The notes beneath the pieces are model-generated. The model did no database searches. It was not told the origin of the DNA and worked only from the letters and a program-made list of their open reading frames with translations. From the NCBI GenBank assembly GCA_963666985.2, contig CAXXIA010000001.1, positions 256,001 to 320,000 of the forward strand: a DNA stretch of 64,000 nucleotides, written 5' to 3'. Positions within the stretch are counted from its first letter, which is position 1. Every line of letters begins with the position of its first letter. Source of the DNA: Spirochaetia bacterium (GTDB taxonomy: Bacteria > Spirochaetota > Spirochaetia > DSM-2461). Shown piece after piece: positions 20,061 through 30,102 of the stretch. Both the position numbers and the translations under genes were made by a program.

Positions 20061-21278
20061 GTGTGGAAGAATAAGCAGTCGGCTTCCGGCGATTCACTGA
20101 TTAATGTGGATCTCCGCGCATGGCGGGCCAAAATCAGCGACGCTGTTTTCTTTTTCTTTACCACAATAGGTCTTGTTACCGGCATCCCCAGTGTGATTCA
20201 TTCCCTCCGCGAGGGTTTTTACGGCCTTGCTGCCGCGACGGTCGTTATTTACGTAATATGCGTTTTCCTTACCCTGGTTAGGCGTATTCCTTACGCGGTT
20301 CGGGCCGTTTTCGGAGCGCTCATTTTTTTTTCGATCGGCGTGATTCTTCTGGCGCAGGTCGGTCCCCGAGGCGTCGGCTATGTCTGGCTTTTCTCCGCGC
20401 CGATTCTGGTTTCTCTGCTTCTCGGAAATCGCGCCGGAGCGGCGGCGGCCGGGCTGACCGCGGTCATTTTGTCGGTTTTCTATCTGCTCTTGAGAAGAGG
20501 AACTCCGGCTTGGGGGCCGCATTACGGAATCGATGCGGCATCATGGCTGGTGACTTCCATCAACATCGTGCTTCTCGACGCCGTTCTCCTTCTCTGCCTC
20601 GGAATCCTTACCAGGGGATTTCGATCGCTGATTATCCGGTCGATCGAGACACGGAACGCGTCGATTGTCGGACTCGCCAAACTCGCCGAGCACCGCGACA
20701 AAGATACCGGCGACCACCTGATGCGCATTCAGAACTACGTGGTGCTGCTTGCAAGAGCTCTCGCCGAGAAACCCTCATACCGTAAGTACATTACCGAAGA
20801 CTACATCGAGGATCTTAAGATTTCGTCGATACTGCATGATATCGGTAAGGTCGGGATACTCGATGCGATCCTTTTAAAGCCCGGTCCCCTTACGGATACC
20901 GAGTTTTCGGCCATCAAAAAACATCCCGTTATCGGTGTTGATGTAATCAAGGAAATTGAAAAGGGTATTAAGGGTGTTTCCCTTTACACCTTGGGAAAGG
21001 AAATCGCGCTTTCTCATCATGAAAGGTGGGACGGAACCGGATACCCGAACGGACTTGCGGGGAACGAAATTCCCTTATCCGCGAGAATCGCCGCGCTGGC
21101 GGATGTGTATGACGCACTGACGTCGAAGCGGGTTTACAAGGATTCCATCCCGCATCTTGAGGCCGTACGAATGATAGCTGCCGGGCGGGGAACTCAATTC
21201 GATCCGGAAATTGTCGACGTGTTCCTGCGTGTCGCCGATGAATTCTCCGCGGAATCGACTCCGTATTCCGGTCACTGA
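20061..21278 (+). CDS. Membrane-anchored HD-GYP c-di-GMP phosphodiesterase
   Basis: About 5-6 N-terminal TM segments, with RDKDTGDH, LHDIGK, HHERWDGTGYP and ADVYDALTSKRVYK. Confidence 0.92.
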   Translation: MWKNKQSASGDSLINVDLRAWRAKISDAVFFFFTTIGLVTGIPSVIHSLREGFYGLAAATVVIYVICVFLTLVRRIPYAVRAVFGALIFFSIGVILLAQVGPRGVGYVWLFSAPILVSLLLGNRAGAAAAGLTAVILSVFYLLLRRGTPAWGPHYGIDAASWLVTSINIVLLDAVLLLCLGILTRGFRSLIIRSIETRNASIVGLAKLAEHRDKDTGDHLMRIQNYVVLLARALAEKPSYRKYITEDYIEDLKISSILHDIGKVGILDAILLKPGPLTDTEFSAIKKHPVIGVDVIKEIEKGIKGVSLYTLGKEIALSHHERWDGTGYPNGLAGNEIPLSARIAALADVYDALTSKRVYKDSIPHLEAVRMIAAGRGTQFDPEIVDVFLRVADEFSAESTPYSGH

Positions 21279-22312
21279 TCGGCATCAAGCATATCGGTCA
21301 GATTCTCGCCGAGATTATCGATATTCCGTTCGACACTGAGCGCCTTGTCGCCGTAGAGGTCTTTATCGACAAACTTAAGAATCGTATCCGAATCGGTTCC
21401 GCTTCCCACGTGAATGCCGATGCTCAAACCGATTGAGATTGCTGATTTTTCGTTATGTTTATCAAGCCGCCGTCGAATGCGGCCCTTTGCATGCTGAGCG
21501 CCTTCTTCTGAGATTCCGGGCATGATGACGATGAACTCATCACCTCCGTACCGGCACACGACATCGGTTTTTCTCAGTCCTTGCTGAAGAATGGAACCGA
21601 CATCTTTGAGAACCTCATCTCCGGCCACATGGCCGTACGTGTCGTTAATCCCTTTGAATCCGTCAACATCAATCATCATGATCGCCAGATTCTCTCCGCT
21701 GCGTTTCGACCGTTCAATTTCACGATCCAGAAATTGTTGGAACGCTCTCCGGTTGTAAAGGCCGGTAAGGGCATCGATACTCGCTATCCGCTTCAGAGCA
21801 CGGACATAATACGCCTTTTCGATGGCGATCGCGGCGAAGTCGGCTATGGTTCGCAGGATGCTCAATTCGAACATGTCGAACGGCATTCCGTCGAGTTTAT
21901 TAATCAGTTCGATCACACCGAAGACTTTGCTGCCGCTCTTGAGCGGTACGCCGATAATCGATTTGGTTTCAAACTGAGTCAGTTCATCCATGCTGGAATC
22001 GAAACGTTTGTCTTTCGATACGTCTTCGATGATAAGAGCTTCGCCGTTTTCCGCAATCCATCCGGCCACTCCATGCCCTTTCGGAAGAATGCGTCCTTCG
22101 AGTTCTTCCACGCCGCTTCCGATAACGATTGCAAATCGTAATTCTCCGGTTGACGGGATTCGAAGAAGCAGCGACCAGTATGCGGGCGCGAAAACCTCAC
22201 CGATCTGCTTCATAACTTCCGAGAGTGTTTCTTTAAGAGTGGAAGCGGTTGAGATTGCTTTACCAACGTTGGTGAAGAATGAGAGTTTAACCAGTTCTTC
22301 GCTGTCTGACAT
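21272..22312 (-). CDS. GAF-GGDEF diguanylate cyclase
   Basis: GAF (GVAGWIA, SIIGVPL, GVIELINK), DALTGLYNRR, I-site RKTD, GGDEF. Confidence 0.93.
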   Translation of the reverse strand: MSDSEELVKLSFFTNVGKAISTASTLKETLSEVMKQIGEVFAPAYWSLLLRIPSTGELRFAIVIGSGVEELEGRILPKGHGVAGWIAENGEALIIEDVSKDKRFDSSMDELTQFETKSIIGVPLKSGSKVFGVIELINKLDGMPFDMFELSILRTIADFAAIAIEKAYYVRALKRIASIDALTGLYNRRAFQQFLDREIERSKRSGENLAIMMIDVDGFKGINDTYGHVAGDEVLKDVGSILQQGLRKTDVVCRYGGDEFIVIMPGISEEGAQHAKGRIRRRLDKHNEKSAISIGLSIGIHVGSGTDSDTILKFVDKDLYGDKALSVERNIDNLGENLTDMLDADQ

Positions 22313-22729
22313 AAGCTGCCTCTACCGAATATTAATGCTGAAGCGGTCCTTTGGAATGTTATGACGGTTTCCGATTGTTCTCAAACAAATACGCAATTTT
22401 TTTTGTTTCGTCGGCCCCGAAAATCCCATTCTCAAAGGATTCTTTTCAAACCGCCCGCCGCGGCGGCCGCTGATTTCGGGTATTTACCCGGCGGCAAGAG
22501 TAATATGGTATAAAATCTCTTGCAATATCACCTTAATCGAAGAATCGGTTATTCGGCTTTATTCACAGGAATTTTAAAGAGCATGCCGAAGGATGGTCGG
22601 TATAATATCTTGATGAACGATGTGAAAAACGTTCAAGCTCTTTTCCATGAAATTGCTGAGAAGAAGATTTGTTAGGCAGTGAATAAACCAATTGATGCCG
22701 AATGGTATATCTTATCTTCATGAGGTTTC

Positions 22730-23317
22730 TTGCAGAGTATGAACAGCGATGATTTTGTTTCGGAAGAAGAGCTTGTTTCACTGGATTTCTCATCCGACGA
22801 CTTAGTCGGCAGGCAATACGAAAAATGTCGATTTAAATCCTGTACTTTTCAGGAAACGGACCTTCGTTCCACGGTTTTTGATGCCTGTTCCTTTTTACAG
22901 TGTAGTTTTATCTTGCCGAAAGTGAACGGTCTTGTTTTACGTAATGCCGTTTTTAAAGATTCACGGCTTATAGGAATACCGTTCGGAGAATGCAATCAAT
23001 TCGGATTCAACCCTGAGTTCTCAGATTGTCTGATGGACAGCTGCGTATTTGTCGATCTCAAGATGATAAAAAAGAATATGCCGAATAATCATTTTCGAAA
23101 TTCGGACTTTATGAATTGTGATTTTCGGGAGGTCTCTTTCAACGGCTCTCGTTTCGAGAATACCCAGTTTGAGAATTGTGATCTTCGGGATGCCGATTTT
23201 CGAGAGGCCCGGGATTACCGTATCAATCCGGAAGGGAACAGAGTGAAGGGCAGCCGGCATTGTCTGCCGGGTGCTTTATCGTTTCTTCCTTTTCTCGGGA
23301 TTGAATTGGAAATCTAA
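22730..23317 (+). CDS. Pentapeptide repeat protein
   Basis: Regular 5-residue periodicity (CRFKS CTFQE TDLRS TVFDA...). Start is TTG 22730 or ATG 22739. Confidence 0.88.
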   Translation: MQSMNSDDFVSEEELVSLDFSSDDLVGRQYEKCRFKSCTFQETDLRSTVFDACSFLQCSFILPKVNGLVLRNAVFKDSRLIGIPFGECNQFGFNPEFSDCLMDSCVFVDLKMIKKNMPNNHFRNSDFMNCDFREVSFNGSRFENTQFENCDLRDADFREARDYRINPEGNRVKGSRHCLPGALSFLPFLGIELEI

Positions 23318-23376
23318 TCGCCGCCGTATCGGCGGAACAACTGGAAAAAAAGCACTGCTTTCGTCACAATCTGCCA

Positions 23377-24414
23377 ATGACGTCCGCTTTTCCTTTGCAG
23401 TCCCGACCTTATACCAAGCAGCCGATCAGTTTGGCCCCGATGATTGATAAAACCAATAGAGACTGGCGCTGGGTTATGCGGCGTATCACAAAGCGATCTC
23501 TGCTCTACACGGAAATGATTGCGGCCCCGGCGGTATTGAGGGGAGATCGGAAGCGAATTCTTTCTTTCGATTCTTCGGAGAAGCCGCTGGTCCTGCAGCT
23601 CGGCTGGGACGAAGCGGAGGATTTGGCCGAAGTTTGCCGAATCGCGGAGGATTATGGCTACGACGAAATCAATCTGAATTGCGGCTGTCCCAGCGACAAG
23701 GTGCAGCGCCATGACTTCGGCGCCTGCCTGATGGCCAGACCGGATCATGTGGCCCGGCTTATCGAAGCCATGTCGGGTGCCACGAGTCTGCCGATAACGG
23801 TTAAGAACAGAATCGGCATCAGATCGAAAAAAACCGGATTGAGTCTGGAAGCTTACGGGGATTTAAAGAATTTTACGCGAATCGTGGCCGGCGCCGGCTG
23901 CGGAAAATTCATCGTTCATGCGCGTATCGCGGTTTTGGAGGGATTAAGTCCGCGGGAAAATCGAGATGTTCCCCCGCTGAGGTATGACGATGTTTTTCGG
24001 CTGAAACGGGATTTTCCAGACCTTTTCATCGAGATTAACGGAGGTTTCACGGAAGCCGAGGCTGTTGATGAAGCTTTGAAATCCGTGGATGCCGTTATGC
24101 TGGGCCGCATAGCTCTCGATAATCCCTGGATGCTTTCCGGAGCCGACAGCCGGTGGTTCGGAGATTCTTCGCGGCCTCCTTCCCGCCGTGAAGTACTTGA
24201 AGTGATTCTGCCTTATTTGGCCCGGCGAGCTTGTGAGGGAGCGTCCGCGGGAAATCTTATTCAGCCTCTTATGGGATTTTTTGCTGGAAAACGAGGCGCA
24301 AAAGCCTGGAAAAGAGCCTTAACGAAGATTCCGTCCGCCTCCCCGGCGTCGTTCGAGTCCTTGCTTAGGAACGCTCTCGGTATGATGGACGGTGAGGTTC
24401 TGGATATTCGATAA
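23377..24414 (+). CDS. dusA: tRNA-dihydrouridine(20/20a) synthase
   Basis: LAPMID, LYTEM, INLNCGCPSDKVQ, FIVHAR, NRDVPPLRYD, INGG. Confidence 0.9.
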   Translation: MTSAFPLQSRPYTKQPISLAPMIDKTNRDWRWVMRRITKRSLLYTEMIAAPAVLRGDRKRILSFDSSEKPLVLQLGWDEAEDLAEVCRIAEDYGYDEINLNCGCPSDKVQRHDFGACLMARPDHVARLIEAMSGATSLPITVKNRIGIRSKKTGLSLEAYGDLKNFTRIVAGAGCGKFIVHARIAVLEGLSPRENRDVPPLRYDDVFRLKRDFPDLFIEINGGFTEAEAVDEALKSVDAVMLGRIALDNPWMLSGADSRWFGDSSRPPSRREVLEVILPYLARRACEGASAGNLIQPLMGFFAGKRGAKAWKRALTKIPSASPASFESLLRNALGMMDGEVLDIR

Positions 24415-24489
24415 CGGCCGTTCTTATATCCTAAGACATATAATTTGCGCGGATGATTATGAAGACCTAATCTTTATTGAGAGGTGTTC

Positions 24490-25752
24490 ATGAAAATTCT
24501 CCATTTGGAAATGAGTCGTTTTTTCAGCAGAGTCATTCAAAGTGTGGCGGTTTCGGAATGTTTTGAATATAGAAACGAGCGGTCCATTGAGGATGGAATC
24601 GCGGCACTCGGCGAATGGGATTTTGATCTTATCATCACGGCTCATATTCTTGCGGACGGACGGGCCGAAGATTTTTTAAGAAAGCTGGCGGAATCGAAAA
24701 AGCACAAGGATCTTCCCGTTATCGTGGTCTCTTCGGACGATTCCATCGAATATCGAGAGACATTCTTTCGATTGGGAGTTGTGGATTATCTGCAGAAGAG
24801 CGATCTCGTACCGGAAAAAATCAGTCAGTACTTCAAGATTATTGCCCGAAACAGCGAGCTCCTTGAGGAATTGAAGAATTTTAAAATAGCGGTTCTTGAC
24901 GACAGTAATTTCAGCTTAACGGTTATCAGAAATCTTTTTCGTTATTTTGGCTTAGAGAATACGTCTTACTTCAATTCTCCGAGGGCCATGCTCGATTCCG
25001 GAGAATACGATTTATACATCATCGATATGGTTATGCCCGAAATGTCCGGTGACGAATTGATTCTCGCCATTCGAAAATTGGGGAATTCGAGGGGAATCAT
25101 CGTTGTTTCGGGGGTTTCGAATCGATTGTCCATAGCACATGCCCTTACCGTCGGCGCGGATGATTTTATAACCAAACCTTTCGACGGCCGTGATTTCATG
25201 GCTCGAGTGAAGGGTGTTGTAAGAAATATGGTTCTTATGCGGGAATTGGAGGAAAAAAGCAGGCTGATGGAAGAAGCGTCTCTCAGGGACAGCCTGACGA
25301 ATTTGTGGAATCATGGTCATATTCATTTCATACTCGATTCGCATGTTCCTTCCGATGAAGCGAAATTATTGGCGGCGCTTCTCTTTGATTTGGATAATTT
25401 TAAGTCGATCAACGACCGTTTTGGTCATCCCGTCGGAGATAAGGTCCTCCTGGCGGCTACGAGAATTTTGTTGTCCGTCGTTGGTAAGAAAGGAGATGTG
25501 GGACGTTACGGCGGTGAGGAATTTCTCGTTATTCTTCCTTGTATCGGGTCCGAAGAAGGACGAAAAGTGGCGGAGGAAATACTGGAGAATTTTCGTAAGG
25601 AACAATTCGATATTCCCGAATTGAAGATGACCGCGAGCTGCGGAATGGCTCTGTATTCGGAAGTCGATAACGCCGAAGACTTGGTTGAGAAGGCGGACGA
25701 GCGGCTCTATAAAGCTAAAAAAACAGGCAAGGACCGGGTTGTCGACGCATAA
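24490..25752 (+). CDS. REC-REC-GGDEF diguanylate cyclase (PleD-like)
   Basis: First REC is degenerate (no acidic pair or phospho-Asp); second REC has LDD, IIDMVMP and TKPF. GGEEF present. GAGG SD supports ATG 24490. Confidence 0.9.
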   Translation: MKILHLEMSRFFSRVIQSVAVSECFEYRNERSIEDGIAALGEWDFDLIITAHILADGRAEDFLRKLAESKKHKDLPVIVVSSDDSIEYRETFFRLGVVDYLQKSDLVPEKISQYFKIIARNSELLEELKNFKIAVLDDSNFSLTVIRNLFRYFGLENTSYFNSPRAMLDSGEYDLYIIDMVMPEMSGDELILAIRKLGNSRGIIVVSGVSNRLSIAHALTVGADDFITKPFDGRDFMARVKGVVRNMVLMRELEEKSRLMEEASLRDSLTNLWNHGHIHFILDSHVPSDEAKLLAALLFDLDNFKSINDRFGHPVGDKVLLAATRILLSVVGKKGDVGRYGGEEFLVILPCIGSEEGRKVAEEILENFRKEQFDIPELKMTASCGMALYSEVDNAEDLVEKADERLYKAKKTGKDRVVDA

Positions 25753-25807
25753 GATTTGTCCTGAAGTGTTCTTGCCCGTCGATTCTTATGAGGCTATCAT
25801 CTGGCCC

Positions 25808-27373
25808 ATGTCGGGAACTATTCTGCCGGATGATTTAAATGGATATGCGGTTCATCTTATCGGTGTTAAAGGAACGGGAATGTGCGCTTTGGCCGAGTTC
25901 CTTACGGCGGCCGGAGCCGAAGTCTCCGGCTCCGATGTTGAAGAAGAATTCTATACGGATGTCATTCTCGCCGAACTGGGTGTGCCCGTTGTTTCCTTTA
26001 AAAAAGGTGTTCTTTCTCCCGAAACGCGACTGTGCGTCCGTTCCGCGGCATATGACGAATCGAATCCCGTTGTATCCGAAGCGATTGAGCGGGGCTTGCC
26101 GATTGCAACATATCCTGAGGTTTTGGGAGATCTTTCGAAACGCTGTGATTCTTCGGCGGTGGCGGGAGTTCACGGGAAAACGACGACGACCGCTCTGACG
26201 GGAACCCTGCTGCGGTCACTCAATTTGCCCGCGAAGGTGATCGTCGGCAGTGCCGTTTCCGGTTTCGGCGGCCGCTCGTTCTGGAGCGGCGGTGATGATT
26301 ATTTAGTGGCGGAAACCTGCGAATACCGGCGGCATTTTCTGAATTTTCGTCCGCGCCGCATTGTGTTGACCAGCGTGGAAAGCGATCATCAGGATTTTTA
26401 TCCCGATTACAATTCCATCAGAGATGCTTTTATTGATTTTGTTTTATCGCTGCCCGAAGGCGGGGAGCTGATTTATTGCAGCGATGATAAAGGTGCTTGT
26501 GAGGTTGCGGAGTTTGTTGAAGGAAAAAGATCCGATATCCGCTTTATTCCTTATGGTGAAAGCGCTTCCGGGCCGTGGAAAGTAACGTATGAGCCTCCGA
26601 AGGCGGGACGGAACGGATTCGGAGTGGACGGCTATGAGGGGATTTTCGAATTGGCTGTTCCCGGGAAGCATCTCGCTCTGGATGCGGCGGCGGCTTTGGC
26701 TTTGGCCGAATCGATTCGGATCGATTTTGAAGGCCGTCAAATCGAGGCGAATGCAGGCGATGCGGATCGTATGGACTTCAGTTCCGAAGCCGCAGACGGC
26801 GCTATAGAAAAAAAGTTCGAAGATGATGCGGATACTAATGATGTCAATCGGAAAAAACGGTTTCAACTGATCGTCGAAGCATTCGCGGGATTTCGGGGCA
26901 GCAGGCGGCGGAGTGAAATTATCGGCGATGCCGGCGGTGTGCTGGTAATGGATGATTACGCTCATCATCCCACCGCCGTTTCTGCGACTCTGGCGGGTTT
27001 GAAGGCCTTTCATCCGGATCGGCGTCTTATCGTGGATTTCATGCCCCATACATACAGCAGAACCGCGGCCCTTTTAGATGATTTTATATCTTGTTTCGAC
27101 GATGCCGACATTCTGGTTCTGCATCCGATTTACGCATCGGCAAGAGAAGCTTACGGCGGCGGTATTACCGGTAAGGATCTTTTCGAGAGCACAAAAAAAC
27201 GCAGAGGGGAGAAAACGACCGTGTATTGCGAAACACTGGATGAGGCCGAGGTGTTTTGTAGCTCCCGGCTGCGTTCGGGCGATCTTTTCTTAACGCTGGG
27301 AGCCGGAAACAATCGGCCTTTGGGCCGCCGTATTCTGGATGCACTGCGGCAAAAACAAGGTGGAAACTTATGA
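25808..27373 (+). CDS. murC: UDP-N-acetylmuramate--L-alanine ligase
   Basis: HLIGVKGTGM, AGVHGKTTT, AETCEYRRHFL, DDYAHHPT, PHTYSRT, TLGAG. Carries an acidic insertion. Confidence 0.93.
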   Translation: MSGTILPDDLNGYAVHLIGVKGTGMCALAEFLTAAGAEVSGSDVEEEFYTDVILAELGVPVVSFKKGVLSPETRLCVRSAAYDESNPVVSEAIERGLPIATYPEVLGDLSKRCDSSAVAGVHGKTTTTALTGTLLRSLNLPAKVIVGSAVSGFGGRSFWSGGDDYLVAETCEYRRHFLNFRPRRIVLTSVESDHQDFYPDYNSIRDAFIDFVLSLPEGGELIYCSDDKGACEVAEFVEGKRSDIRFIPYGESASGPWKVTYEPPKAGRNGFGVDGYEGIFELAVPGKHLALDAAAALALAESIRIDFEGRQIEANAGDADRMDFSSEAADGAIEKKFEDDADTNDVNRKKRFQLIVEAFAGFRGSRRRSEIIGDAGGVLVMDDYAHHPTAVSATLAGLKAFHPDRRLIVDFMPHTYSRTAALLDDFISCFDDADILVLHPIYASAREAYGGGITGKDLFESTKKRRGEKTTVYCETLDEAEVFCSSRLRSGDLFLTLGAGNNRPLGRRILDALRQKQGGNL

Positions 27374-28239
27374 TGAACAGTATGACCGGTTTCGGGAGCG
27401 CCGAAGGGGATGGAGCCGGGGTGCATTTCGCGGTGGAAATGAAGTCCCTGAATACACGATATTTGGATTTGATTATTTCTCTGCCTTCCTCCCTGACAAG
27501 TTTGGAAGGGCGCGTTCGGGAAGTTCTGCAGCGCATCTTTTCCCGCGGAAGGATTGAAGTGAATGTTCGCGCCCGTGATATCGAAGAACAGCTTTCCGTC
27601 GCGGTGGATGCCGAGGCTGCTGCGGCGTGGAAGGGCGCTTTGGAAGAACTGGCCGGAATCCTGGACGGAACTCAGGGTGTTACTCTGGATATGCTGATGA
27701 AACAGGAAGGTGTTCTCAAAGTAGAGCGGGTACGGGACACCGAAGCTTATTGGAAGGTTTTGGAGCCGCTTTTACTTTTTACCGGCGAACAGGTGAACGC
27801 GGACCGTGCGCGGGAAGGCGCGGAATTGGCTCTGGATATTGAATCGCAGCTGCAAGCAATGGAGCGCAGCCTCTCTTTCGTAGCCGATTCGGCTCCCGAG
27901 ATGAGGCGGGAAATAGAAGAATCGTTTAAATCGAGGTTTGCCGAGATTCTCGGAGACGATGTGGGCGAACAGCGCATCCTTCTGGAAACCGCGGCGTGGA
28001 TTGCCAAGACGGATATTAACGAGGAAATAGTCAGACTTGAAACGCATATCGGTGCGTTTCGAGATGAGGTGTCCTCGGAAGGTTCCAAGGGAAAGAAACT
28101 TGATTTTCTTGCTCAGGAAATGGGACGGGAGATTAATACGATAGGCTCCAAGAGTCCCAGAGCTGATATCAGCCGGGAAGTCGTGGCCATGAAAGATGCC
28201 TTGGAAAAGGTGAGGGAGCAGCTCCGTAATGTCGAATAA
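27370..28239 (+). CDS. yicC: YicC/YloC family endoribonuclease
   Basis: SMTGFG, EMKSLNTRYLD, DINEEIVRL, GKKLDFLAQEMGREINTIGSK, REQLRNVE. Confidence 0.93.
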   Translation: MMNSMTGFGSAEGDGAGVHFAVEMKSLNTRYLDLIISLPSSLTSLEGRVREVLQRIFSRGRIEVNVRARDIEEQLSVAVDAEAAAAWKGALEELAGILDGTQGVTLDMLMKQEGVLKVERVRDTEAYWKVLEPLLLFTGEQVNADRAREGAELALDIESQLQAMERSLSFVADSAPEMRREIEESFKSRFAEILGDDVGEQRILLETAAWIAKTDINEEIVRLETHIGAFRDEVSSEGSKGKKLDFLAQEMGREINTIGSKSPRADISREVVAMKDALEKVREQLRNVE

Positions 28240-28804
28240 TCTCAAAACACGCCGCAGCGGCGCTGACGGGATACGCATCGCCATTTCCGGCAAGAGCGGA
28301 TGCGGGAATACCACGGTGAGCCGTATGCTGGCCGAACGTCTGGGCCTTAATTTCGTGAATTATACCTTCCGCAGCATTGCCGAGGAGGATGGAATCCCCT
28401 TTGAGGATGTATGCCGTCGGGCCGAGATGTCCGATGATGATGATTTGAGGGTGGATCGGGTTCAGGTGGAATTGGCACGCAGGGAGCCCTGTGTTCTGGG
28501 ATCACGATTGGCCGTCTGGATGCTGAAAGAGGCCGATTTGAAGGTTTTTCTTTCGGGTTCTCTTGAAAACCGGTCCGCTCGTATTACCAATCGGGAGGGC
28601 GGCTCCCATGAAGATCAGCTGGCCGCCACGAAAGCGCGGGACAAACGGGATCACGACAGATACGAAAGACTCTATGAAATCGATAATGATGATTTTTCAC
28701 TGGTTGATTTGGTGGTGAATACCGACAGGCTGGACGCCCAGCAGGTAACGGCAATCATCGAGGCGGCGGCACGAAGCGTGATGGAGAAAACGGACGGCGG
28801 CTGA
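28229..28804 (+). CDS. cmk: Cytidylate kinase (archaeal/spirochaetal type)
   Basis: IAISGKSGCGNTT, CVLGSRLA, RDKRDHDRY. Confidence 0.85.
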   Translation: MSNNLKTRRSGADGIRIAISGKSGCGNTTVSRMLAERLGLNFVNYTFRSIAEEDGIPFEDVCRRAEMSDDDDLRVDRVQVELARREPCVLGSRLAVWMLKEADLKVFLSGSLENRSARITNREGGSHEDQLAATKARDKRDHDRYERLYEIDNDDFSLVDLVVNTDRLDAQQVTAIIEAAARSVMEKTDGG

Positions 28805-28878
28805 TTTCTCAGGCTAACGTATGAGCGTCCATATTCCGCTATTTCATCAATCCCGATCGGCGGCGTTGAAAACGATGA

Positions 28879-29544
28879 TCAGTCGGCCAATTCCCATCCG
28901 CGGGCGGCCGCACGGTAGAGATCGCCGGAGGTTATCCTTCCTTCGGGTGTCGGGCCCAAGGACTGAATGCGCATCCCTGAATTTAAAGATCGGTCCGATG
29001 GATTCGGCGGATACATTTGGGCGAAGATAATGCCGCTGATGTAGTCGAAATGAACATATTTGACAAGTCCGTCCTCGTCCACCGATACGGCCATTCCGAT
29101 ATGGGTGAGTTCGTCGTCCGCGACTCCGTTCCCGTTCTTATCATAAGAGTTGTCCCAGAAGAGAATATCGCCGGGAGCCGGTTCCTCGGGGCGATAAAGG
29201 AGTTCTTCGTCTTCCATACATTGATAGATTCTGGCGACTCCGTTCCCGGTGTAGCGCGGATAACAGGACTGGAGGTCGATACCGGCGCGCCAGTAGAGGG
29301 CCGATATAACACCGCTGCAGTCCATTTTGAATTTTTTTCCGTTGTTTGAGACATTCGAACGTCCTTCGGCCCAATGAGCCGCGTCAATCAGTGCCTCTTG
29401 GGTTGATGTTATGCCGAGGGCTTTTTCCGCGCGTTTATCGGAGGATTCGGAGGATTCCTGATACGTGGCGCAGGAAGATATGATCATTAAGAAAGCCGCG
29501 GCGGCGAGAAGGGCCTTGTTCGCTTTCTTCGACCGTTCATTCAT
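28879..29544 (-). CDS. NlpC/P60-like peptidoglycan hydrolase lipoprotein
   Basis: Lipobox ISSC, catalytic DCSG, PGDILFW, THIG. Confidence 0.8.
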   Translation of the reverse strand: MNERSKKANKALLAAAAFLMIISSCATYQESSESSDKRAEKALGITSTQEALIDAAHWAEGRSNVSNNGKKFKMDCSGVISALYWRAGIDLQSCYPRYTGNGVARIYQCMEDEELLYRPEEPAPGDILFWDNSYDKNGNGVADDELTHIGMAVSVDEDGLVKYVHFDYISGIIFAQMYPPNPSDRSLNSGMRIQSLGPTPEGRITSGDLYRAAARGWELAD

Positions 29545-29596
29545 ATTGAAACAGTAGCGCCTGAATCATCCGATCGCAATATAATGGAACATAATA

Positions 29597-29926
29597 ATGG
29601 GACATGATTATTTCGAGAGAAGAATCCTTGATGCTTTAAGATTCGCCGCGCCGGAAATTCTTCAGACGCGCCTTTCCTCCATGGCGGATCGGGATTTGGC
29701 CGTTGCCCTGGATGTTTTGGTTCCGGAAGACAGAGCTGCCGTTCTTTCCCGGCTGCCGGCGGCGAAGGCTGCTCGCGTCGGAGAGGAGCGGGACTATATG
29801 CAACGTCTATTCGTAAGCGATTCTCATCGTCGGATTATGGCCGAACGGCTGGCCGATGTGATGGAAGGTAAAGGGTCGAGAAGGGGCGGAACGTGGATTG
29901 CTCCCGGCGAAGGGCGGGGATCGTAA
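29597..29926 (+). CDS. Small FliG C-terminal-like domain protein
   Basis: LQTRL..MADRDLAVAL...VLSRLPAAKAARVGEE resembles the FliG_C helical motif. Confidence 0.55.
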   Translation: MGHDYFERRILDALRFAAPEILQTRLSSMADRDLAVALDVLVPEDRAAVLSRLPAAKAARVGEERDYMQRLFVSDSHRRIMAERLADVMEGKGSRRGGTWIAPGEGRGS

Positions 29927-29987
29927 GATTCTCCCGGTATCGTCACGAGCTCTCGCGGAGTTCCGGTTGAAATCCATATATATGACC

Positions 29988-30015
29988 GCTGCCGCGGATG
30001 AACCGGTGCGGCAGT
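29988..30015 (+). terminator. Probable terminator hairpin
   Basis: GCTGCCGC...GCGGCAGT followed by GATTTT. Confidence 0.45.
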
Positions 30016-30102
30016 GATTTTAAATTATTCCTTATATAAGCCGAAAACACGGAACGATTTGCATCATAGCCGCTCCATCACCTCTTCGTTATACTTCCCG
30101 AC

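Noticed and set aside
22313..22490. c-di-GMP riboswitch upstream of the GAF-GGDEF gene
   Set aside because: GC-rich stems are present, but I could not find the class I or class II consensus elements.
22730..23317. Qnr-type quinolone resistance gene
   Set aside because: Generic chromosomal pentapeptide repeat protein, with no specific evidence for Qnr.
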